A stretch of DNA of 31,729 nt from a virus (taxonomy: Duplodnaviria; Caudoviricetes): the IMG/VR virus record IMGVR_UViG_3300032294_001672, positions 1 through 31,729 of that record; one strand, written 5' to 3'. Shown piece after piece: positions 25,469 to 31,729 of the stretch. The notes beneath the pieces are model-generated. The model made no database searches. It was given only the letters and a program-made list of their open reading frames with translations, and was not told where the DNA came from. Position 1 is the stretch's first letter. Each line of letters starts with the position of its first letter. Position numbers and translations under genes: made by a program.

Positions 25469-27082
25469 TTATCCTACGATAATAACTCTGTATGCTCCAG
25501 CTACTGGCTGTGACGCAAATGTCAGAGTGACTCTTGATGTAGATGTGTGGTCTACATCACATTCTACCTGATTATATGGAGATGAGGTTGCATAAACTTG
25601 GACTGTTACATCTCTTGTTCCTAGGTTGTGATCTGCATAAAAAGTAAATGGCGCTGCTTCGGTTGTGGTAATATCAGACTTCCAAGTACGTGCTATATCG
25701 TGATAATATCCACCTTGAAGACCAACCTGCCACTTGTCTGCTGTTTCGCTCCACAGGATTTCAGCATCTGCTTCTAGTCCACGGTGTACAACAATTCCAG
25801 CATCCAAAGATGGTGCGCTAGACTCTGGCATGTCAGAGTTAAGATTAATCTTATTGTCTGAAATGTTAACCTGTGTAGAGTTAACTGTATTAATTACACC
25901 AGCTACGTTTAGGTCTCCACCAACATTAAGATTATTGGCGATTGTTACATCGTCTGGCAAACCAATTGTTACAGCAGAATTTTCTGTGCCTGAGCCAGAA
26001 ACTGTAATTTCATTTGCTGTTCCAGAAATTGTTGCTACGTAATTGCCAGTTGTTTGTGTTCCAAGATTTACGTTCTTAACAGATACTGCGCCATCTGTTA
26101 CAGTAAAATCTTCTGTGGCAAAGGAAGCAACACCACGATTTGTAGTTGTTGCAATTTCTGCATCTACTGTTAGTGTTCCTGCATTGTCATCATATGTTAC
26201 ATCAATACCTTCGCCTGCAACAATTTGTGAAGAAACAATATCTTGTACACGCTCAGCATTTAATGTTACTGCTCCTGAAGTTACTGTGAAGTCAGTTGCA
26301 TCAAAACTTGCAATACCCTTATTAGACGCTGTTGCATCTTCTCCAGATACTGTAATTGATGTTCCGCTATGTGTTACATCAACTCCCTCTCCGCCAAGAA
26401 TTGAAATTCCGTGTGCTGAAGGTGTAACTGCTCCAGAATCAGTTGTAATTGTTTTAACTACTGTATCTTCTAGTTCTACATGTCCTGATGCTGTATTAAA
26501 ATCATCTGAATTAAATGATGCTACACCCTTTTGAGATGATGTTGCGTCAAAAGCAGATACTGTAAGTGTATTACCAGAACCACTTACTCCAATTCCTTGA
26601 GTATTATCTCCAGAAATAGTAAGAGTTTCTGTTAGAAGATCTATTGATCCTCCTCCAGTGTTTCCAGCAAACTCAAGTGTTGTAGCAACATTTACTTCGC
26701 CTGCTGCTGTTAAACGACCTTGAGCATCGACTGTAAATGTTGGAATCTTTGTTTGTGAACCATAACTGCCAGCTGTTACTGCTGTATTATCCAAATCAAT
26801 TGTTGTTGTTCCAGCTGGATCGCCATATGTTGATGTTAAGCCAACTCCGCCAACGATAGATGAACCAATAACATCTTGTATAACTTCTGTGGAGCCAGAC
26901 ATTGGCATCCATGGACCATTAGGTGATGCAAGTCCATTGTAGTAATACATCGTGTTGTTTGATGTGTCATAATAAATCTGTCCAGTTACTGGACTAGATG
27001 GAGCTGTTGAAAGCCCTTGAATTCTGGCATTCTGAAGTTCATTCTTATTCAGGTTTATGTCAGTTACAAATAATCTTGCCAT
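25469..27082 (-). CDS. tail fibre protein
   Basis: 537 aa. PSSPVTGQIYYDTSNN motif, three DAT...(K/R)G(V/I)ASF...DF repeats, C-terminal HNLGTRDVTVQVY domain; AAGGAG SD. Confidence 0.75.
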   Translation of the reverse strand: MARLFVTDINLNKNELQNARIQGLSTAPSSPVTGQIYYDTSNNTMYYYNGLASPNGPWMPMSGSTEVIQDVIGSSIVGGVGLTSTYGDPAGTTTIDLDNTAVTAGSYGSQTKIPTFTVDAQGRLTAAGEVNVATTLEFAGNTGGGSIDLLTETLTISGDNTQGIGVSGSGNTLTVSAFDATSSQKGVASFNSDDFNTASGHVELEDTVVKTITTDSGAVTPSAHGISILGGEGVDVTHSGTSITVSGEDATASNKGIASFDATDFTVTSGAVTLNAERVQDIVSSQIVAGEGIDVTYDDNAGTLTVDAEIATTTNRGVASFATEDFTVTDGAVSVKNVNLGTQTTGNYVATISGTANEITVSGSGTENSAVTIGLPDDVTIANNLNVGGDLNVAGVINTVNSTQVNISDNKINLNSDMPESSAPSLDAGIVVHRGLEADAEILWSETADKWQVGLQGGYYHDIARTWKSDITTTEAAPFTFYADHNLGTRDVTVQVYATSSPYNQVECDVDHTSTSRVTLTFASQPVAGAYRVIIVG

Positions 27083-27555
27083 GTGCTATATCTCCTTAAA
27101 GACAGGTATGCTGTCCCACCGAATGGTTGAGCCATTGTCAGTGTAATTTTGTTAATACTATTATAGTCTATTCCTGTTTCTAATATATCGCCTGCGCTGT
27201 TCTTGACAGTTACATTTGGGTTATAGCCCATATTATGTACTATTTCAAGGTAGTGGTAGGATCCTGCATTTACAACTTGATTGATTGAGAAAGAGTATGT
27301 TAGGGTGCTTGTGCTGAGCAAATAGCTGGTTGCTCCTGCCCAAGAAGCGTCGTTGGGTTTTGGACCGTAGAATCTAGTTGTTTGTTTATCATAATAAAAA
27401 TCGCCTTCAAATCCTAAGTTGTCTGCTGGAATACCGTTTCCATTCAGAATTGTTTTTCCTCTAGGACCTTGAGGGCCAGGTGTATTTAAAACAATTTTAT
27501 TGTTTTGTTCGGTTACTACTACTGTTGGGTTATTATTGTTGTTTATTGGCATCAA
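27064..27555 (-). CDS. fibre-associated structural protein with short collagen-like motif
   Basis: PGPQGPRG; G.G.P...LG..GDFYYD......YGPK; C-terminal HNMGYNPNVTV domain similar to the next gene's C terminus. Confidence 0.6.
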   Translation of the reverse strand: MMPINNNNNPTVVVTEQNNKIVLNTPGPQGPRGKTILNGNGIPADNLGFEGDFYYDKQTTRFYGPKPNDASWAGATSYLLSTSTLTYSFSINQVVNAGSYHYLEIVHNMGYNPNVTVKNSAGDILETGIDYNSINKITLTMAQPFGGTAYLSLRRYSTWQDYL

Positions 27556-27899
27556 ATGGTTACCGATCTGCTCAACGTTATATATCCCTCAAGCAATTTA
27601 GTTTTATTTAAATTGCTATCTGTTAACATAAGGTCATATGAGGACTTTGGATAGAATAATTTATTGGTTTGAGTAGGTGTCATCTTAATTGTTAATTTAC
27701 CATTTGGCTCATCAATAATTATTCCGCCAGCAGGTGATGTGAGACTAAAGGCTAGTTTGCTTCCGCCCTTTGTGTCTCTTACCTGTAGTTTTGCTGAACA
27801 GTCTGTAAGATTGATTGGATCTCCGTCGTTGTCTTTATATTCAACGGTAAATGTAAAGGTAGTGTTTTGATCCACTTCCCAATTTTTTTGTCCTGCCAT
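27552..27899 (-). CDS. beta-sandwich fibre/baseplate attachment protein (BppU-N-like)
   Basis: DQ.TTF......KD.DG.PINLT..SAKLQVR...YDL........KLLEG...L...VT pattern; first gene of the fibre block. Confidence 0.55.
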   Translation of the reverse strand: MAGQKNWEVDQNTTFTFTVEYKDNDGDPINLTDCSAKLQVRDTKGGSKLAFSLTSPAGGIIIDEPNGKLTIKMTPTQTNKLFYPKSSYDLMLTDSNLNKTKLLEGYITLSRSVTI

Positions 27900-27916
27900 T
27901 TGCTAAATCTCCTAAA

Positions 27917-27958
27917 TAGGAAAACTCCTATGCCAATTTTAGCATAGGAGCTATCCTA
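27917..27958 (-). terminator. hairpin after holin-like gene, overlapping an extended -10 box
   Basis: CTCCTATGC-TAAAATTG-GCATAGGAG followed by TTTT on the minus strand; outer TAGGA/TCCTA arms. Confidence 0.6.
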
Positions 27959-27971
27959 ATCTGTTACTATT

Positions 27972-28199
27972 TTACTTCTTTGTAAACCCAAATGAGCTTT
28001 CGTTTGGATTAAGTGCTTTAAGAATAACTGGCAGACAAGCTGCAATACCACCCTTGATTAAATCTCCTGGGTCAGTGTTTCCAGTCATGTAAAGAGCAAT
28101 GGCGGCACCTAGAAAGTGACGACCATAGCTTGCTAACGCTGCTAGAATTTTTTCTTGCATTGTTACCTTTCCATCATTGTTAAGATCTTGCTTTGGCAT
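27972..28199 (-). CDS. putative holin / small membrane protein with N-terminal EF-hand-like loop
   Basis: 75 aa, two hydrophobic segments, basic C terminus, AAGGAGG SD, own promoter. Confidence 0.55.
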   Translation of the reverse strand: MPKQDLNNDGKVTMQEKILAALASYGRHFLGAAIALYMTGNTDPGDLIKGGIAACLPVILKALNPNESSFGFTKK

Positions 28200-28258
28200 A
28201 AGATCCTCCTTATTTCTGGGCCCTATGCCCAGGAATTTTGGGTTTTACCCCAATATTT

Positions 28259-28264
28259 ATTATA
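28259..28264 (-). promoter_or_regulatory. -10 box upstream of holin-like gene
   Basis: TATAAT about 60 nt upstream of the ATG, directly after the RNR stop. Confidence 0.45.
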
Positions 28265-28270
28265 TACCCC

Positions 28271-30205
28271 TTAAGCGGAAATGTCTACTAACTCACAATT
28301 TCCATCTGAACTACATGCTAATGTAGAGTTAATAGATGTTCCATCTTCAGTCTCATAAAAAGATAAGTCTTCCCAGCGAATGTTTTTTGGCATTCTGGCA
28401 AGGAGGTCCTCATATTCTTCTTTTGTTACTTCTTGATAAGGTGCTTGCTTATATGAATGATCTGAGTGTGGCAAAAATGAAATTCCAGACACTTCATCAA
28501 AATGCTTGTATACCCAGGCTCCAACTTCCATCCACTCATCTTCTTTAACGGAAACTGTAATTGATGGCTTGTGCTCACACCATGCACGTTGATAAACAAG
28601 CCATGTGTTTAAATGATCTAATGCTGTTAAATCATTTCTAACTATTGCACCTTCTGGTGCCTTTACTGGAAACGAAAATACGTATGTATCATTTGGCTTC
28701 ATTACATCATCTTCTACTGGAATACCAACTTCCTTTAAAAATGTTGAAATTGGATCTCCTTTTGAACCACGTACTGTTCTAATATAATATGGGGAATGCC
28801 ATGGATGCATTCCTGAGGATACCCCGACCAATTGAGAAACTGTGCCAGAAGGCTTTACACACGTAATAGCTGCAGACTCAGGAATCCCAATTTTCCCAGC
28901 CTCTTCTTTATTAATTTCACGAGCATACTCACGAAGTCTAGATAATGCATCTTCTAATTTATCAAGACCCTGTTTTCCAGAAAAAAACTTGTGTCCAAAT
29001 TGTCCTGTTAATGAAACTCCAAGCAGTCTTTCTTCTTCAGTGTTGTCCTTCCAAATTTTACGAAGGTATTTAAAATCTGTTAGTGTTGATTGCCAAGTCC
29101 CAAGAATTGTTGCAAGGCGTACTTTATTCGCAACATCTTCATTTGTATCTTTTTCACGTAGTACGACTTCTGAAAGATTACAAAACTGGTAAGGACGTAA
29201 GATAATCTCTGAGCATGGGTTAGTTCCATAGTGAATATCTGGATCTCTTCTTCCATACTTGGCTGCTTGGGCTTGAGCTGCGGCCACATTGTATATACCT
29301 CGTTCTCCTGACTTTGAATCATAAAGATTCTTCCATTCTGCTATAAATTGCTCCATCTCTGGTTTGCGTGAATATGCAACAGAGTTATTTGAAAGTGCAC
29401 GTTGAGTATTGTTCTCCCACCAATTACCAGACTTTGCTGCAGCCATTTCAATATCATTAATATTAGAAAGAGAAATCATTGCTGAACGACGAACACCTCC
29501 TACAACAACAACTTCACCAATCTTACACATAATATCGTGTGCCTCAATAGGTTTTAGTTGTCTGCCAACTGCATTTTTAAATTTTGCAATTGTAAAATCA
29601 AAAAGATTAATAAGTGGTTGTGGTCCAGATGAACGACCACCCATTGTCTTAAGTCTTGCGCCTGCTGGACGAACTTTTGAAACATCAATTGCTGGAATAT
29701 GTCCAGTCCATAGCAAAGCAAGTAGTTCACGATATGCCTTGGCCCATCCCTGCTTTGAATCTTCTACAACAATTACTGTATCTGACTTTTCAAGGGCTTC
29801 TGGAATAGCAGGAAGTTTATTAACATACTTATATTCAACAGAAAATCCTACACCTGTTCCACACATAAGGATATACATTGTTTCGTCAAATGATCGTGGA
29901 GAATCTACTGGCACAAATGAGCAATTGTACCCAGCAACGTTATCACGATCCAATGCCGCACCTGCAGTCATTACTGATCTCATTGATGGCATAACGTTTC
30001 TATTAAAAACTGCAGACTTTAATTCTTCAATTAATTTTGATTCTGGTTCATATGCGTGTTCTTTAAAAAGATGATCTAGCATAAACTCAAAATATCTATC
30101 TACTGTTTCTCCCCATGATTCACGTCGGTTCTCTTCTGGAATCCATCTTGCATAACGTGACAAAGCAATAAAATTTTCGTATGGGTTTTCAATAGTTCTT
30201 GACAT
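28271..30205 (-). CDS. nrdJ: class II (adenosylcobalamin-dependent) ribonucleotide reductase
   Basis: YNC, CGTGVGFS, VVGGVRRSA, GTNPCSEI, FCNLSE, TCVKPSGTVS and C-terminal ACSSDGNC cysteine pair; monomeric RTPR-like; no small subunit adjacent. Confidence 0.92.
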   Translation of the reverse strand: MSRTIENPYENFIALSRYARWIPEENRRESWGETVDRYFEFMLDHLFKEHAYEPESKLIEELKSAVFNRNVMPSMRSVMTAGAALDRDNVAGYNCSFVPVDSPRSFDETMYILMCGTGVGFSVEYKYVNKLPAIPEALEKSDTVIVVEDSKQGWAKAYRELLALLWTGHIPAIDVSKVRPAGARLKTMGGRSSGPQPLINLFDFTIAKFKNAVGRQLKPIEAHDIMCKIGEVVVVGGVRRSAMISLSNINDIEMAAAKSGNWWENNTQRALSNNSVAYSRKPEMEQFIAEWKNLYDSKSGERGIYNVAAAQAQAAKYGRRDPDIHYGTNPCSEIILRPYQFCNLSEVVLREKDTNEDVANKVRLATILGTWQSTLTDFKYLRKIWKDNTEEERLLGVSLTGQFGHKFFSGKQGLDKLEDALSRLREYAREINKEEAGKIGIPESAAITCVKPSGTVSQLVGVSSGMHPWHSPYYIRTVRGSKGDPISTFLKEVGIPVEDDVMKPNDTYVFSFPVKAPEGAIVRNDLTALDHLNTWLVYQRAWCEHKPSITVSVKEDEWMEVGAWVYKHFDEVSGISFLPHSDHSYKQAPYQEVTKEEYEDLLARMPKNIRWEDLSFYETEDGTSINSTLACSSDGNCELVDISA

Positions 30206-30261
30206 TTTTAAATAACACCTTTTCTCCGCCCTGCGGTTTATGATTTTTTAGTTGAAGTCTA

Positions 30262-30290
30262 ATTCTACCAAACTTTAATCTAAAGGGGAA
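30262..30290 (-). promoter_or_regulatory. promoter for nrdJ
   Basis: Extended -10 TGGTAGAAT; TTCCCC at 17-nt spacing. Confidence 0.5.
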
Positions 30291-30294
30291 GAGC

Positions 30295-31278
30295 TTATGA
30301 TATTTTTTTAAATACTTCTTCAAATGCTTTATTGGTCAACTGATCCCAATTATATTCTTTATGTATTTCAGTTGACTGAGCATAATAATATCCAGAATAC
30401 GCTTTAAAGTTATCTGCTGCATCTTCTATTAAACTAACTAAATGATTGCTGTCTGGTTTATAAACTTTTCCAGGATGCATAGCCTGCCACGGTGAATCTA
30501 TAAGTGTAGAGTTTAACTTTAGGGGACCTAAGTATTTTTTATAATCTGCCCATTCATGTGTTGATATAACTGGCATGCCTGTTGCAAGAGCTTGAAATGG
30601 AATAAAGCCAAAACCCTCTCCGTATGTGGGGTATATCATAACATCGTGCTGGTGATACATTTCTACCAACTCATTGTCCTCTAGGTCTCTTTCATCTAGC
30701 TTAATATTGCTATACATTTCGTGGGGAAGTCCAATAATGCTTCCCTCTCTGTTATATACTCTTAAAGCACTAGACTTATGGGCCTTTATAGTTAATGTAT
30801 AGTTAGGGTTATTACCAAATGCTTTTATAAATGCATTTACTGTATCTTGTCCGCCTTTTCTTTCTGCTGGTTCTCCAACATGCAAAAACTTTATAACATT
30901 TGTATATTCACGTTTTTTAGGAGACCATATTGGATCTATTCCATGAGGGAAAACATTAGATACTTTAAATCCATTATTTTCATATACATCCTTACACCAT
31001 TGAGATGTTGTCCAAAATTCGTCACAGTAGTTTATATTTTCTCTCCATGACTCTGGAATAGATGTTGACTCCCAGGGTGTATAACCAATCTGATATTGAT
31101 TTCTATGTAACTTATAATTTGTAGGTTGTGAAAAATTAATTTGTAATTTAGCTTTAGGGTTTTGATAAGTTAATCTATGACCCATTTTAGACAAAGATTC
31201 TGCTACCTTAAATCCAGCATGACCATACCCATTCTTGGTTGTTAAGTTAGATCTAGGCGTAGAATATGATATTTCCAT
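30295..31278 (-). CDS. glycosyltransferase family 4 (GT-B)
   Basis: HGID, RKGG, YPTYGEGFGFIPFQALATGMPVIST motif. Start placed at ATG 31278 (MEISYS) rather than TTG 31317. Confidence 0.88.
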   Translation of the reverse strand: MEISYSTPRSNLTTKNGYGHAGFKVAESLSKMGHRLTYQNPKAKLQINFSQPTNYKLHRNQYQIGYTPWESTSIPESWRENINYCDEFWTTSQWCKDVYENNGFKVSNVFPHGIDPIWSPKKREYTNVIKFLHVGEPAERKGGQDTVNAFIKAFGNNPNYTLTIKAHKSSALRVYNREGSIIGLPHEMYSNIKLDERDLEDNELVEMYHQHDVMIYPTYGEGFGFIPFQALATGMPVISTHEWADYKKYLGPLKLNSTLIDSPWQAMHPGKVYKPDSNHLVSLIEDAADNFKAYSGYYYAQSTEIHKEYNWDQLTNKAFEEVFKKIS

Positions 31279-31300
31279 GTAATCTTTCTGGTTGACCAGC

Positions 31301-31330
31301 TTGACACCTACTGTCAAGTAATGTTATGAT
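31301..31330 (+). promoter_or_regulatory. sigma70-type promoter for transglycosylase gene
   Basis: TTGACA-18 nt-TATGAT with extended TG; AAAGGAGG SD downstream at 31348-31355. Confidence 0.7.
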
Positions 31331-31363
31331 TGTAGTTCGTTATCTCTAAAGGAGGAAATGCCA

Positions 31364-31729
31364 ATGGAGAAAATAAAAGAACGTTTGAGTGATGTTGCTC
31401 ATAACTGGGCTTATATAGGAATGATAACATTATTCCTGTTTACTGTCCAGCCTGGTCCAACAGAAACTCAAGCTTTTGAGGTGGAAACACCTAAATCAAC
31501 AGTACAACTAAAGAAAGAAACCTTAGAGAAGTACAGCAATACTGTGTACAAGCCTTCTGAGATGCTTACAGACGGAGAACTAAAAGAACTCCTATCAGCT
31601 GTTGGCTTTGAAGGAAAAGCCCTTAAACAGGCTTGGGCTATTGCTAAGGCAGAGTCTAATTCAAGACCTCTGGCTTACAATGGTAACAGGAAAACTGGAG
31701 ACAGTTCCTACGGAATTTTTCAGATTAAT
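31364..31729 (+). CDS. signal-anchored lytic transglycosylase (SLT/lysozyme-like), 3' truncated
   Basis: Not in the ORF track; translated by hand as MEKIKERLSDVAHNWAYIGMITLFLFTVQPG...AWAIAKAESNSRPLAYNGNRKTGDSSYGIFQIN. Has the catalytic ES motif, the G.FQIN motif and an N-terminal hydrophobic segment. Confidence 0.85.
   Translation, partial: MEKIKERLSDVAHNWAYIGMITLFLFTVQPGPTETQAFEVETPKSTVQLKKETLEKYSNTVYKPSEMLTDGELKELLSAVGFEGKALKQAWAIAKAESNSRPLAYNGNRKTGDSSYGIFQIN

Noticed and set aside
30206-30294. Cobalamin riboswitch upstream of nrdJ
   Set aside because: The intergenic region is under 90 nt and lacks a B12 box.
125-31050. Other plus-strand and short nested ORFs in the track (e.g. 587-883, 4754-5059, 5764-6147, 13564-13770, 26043-26534, 29409-30074)
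   Set aside because: They lie within or opposite well-supported genes and have no recognisable motifs or translation signals.
31279-31317. TTG start at 31317 for the glycosyltransferase
   Set aside because: It falls in the promoter palindrome with no SD; ATG 31278 is more plausible.
1-31729. tRNA, rRNA, integrase or transposase
   Set aside because: Intergenic gaps are short and accounted for by promoters and hairpins; no cloverleaf or recombinase motifs seen by eye.

Overview
This window is part of a large, AT-rich tailed-phage genome, probably a siphovirus. An actinobacterial host is inferred from gene content and several apparently leaderless genes. Almost everything is on the minus strand. 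In transcription order (right to left): GT4 glycosyltransferase, class II (B12) ribonucleotide reductase, a holin-like gene and a block of tail-fibre/appendage genes. Next comes an unusual FN3-FN3-(FFxPPx)20-Hint protein, followed directly by an 8-gene operon of six prolyl-4-hydroxylase-like 2OG-Fe(II) oxygenases and two DUF6065-like proteins. After that are a LamG protein, portal, prohead protease/scaffold, HK97-type capsid, neck genes, the major tail protein and a tail assembly chaperone with a -1 frameshift signal. A plus-strand, signal-anchored lytic transglycosylase starts divergently at the right edge. The most striking candidate system is the Pro-Pro/Phe-Phe repeat protein with its Hint domain and the adjacent hydroxylase battery. 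It looks like a phage-encoded post-translational modification (RiPP-like or extensin-like) pathway acting on a virion appendage. Family assignments come from recognising motifs by eye; no database searches were run.
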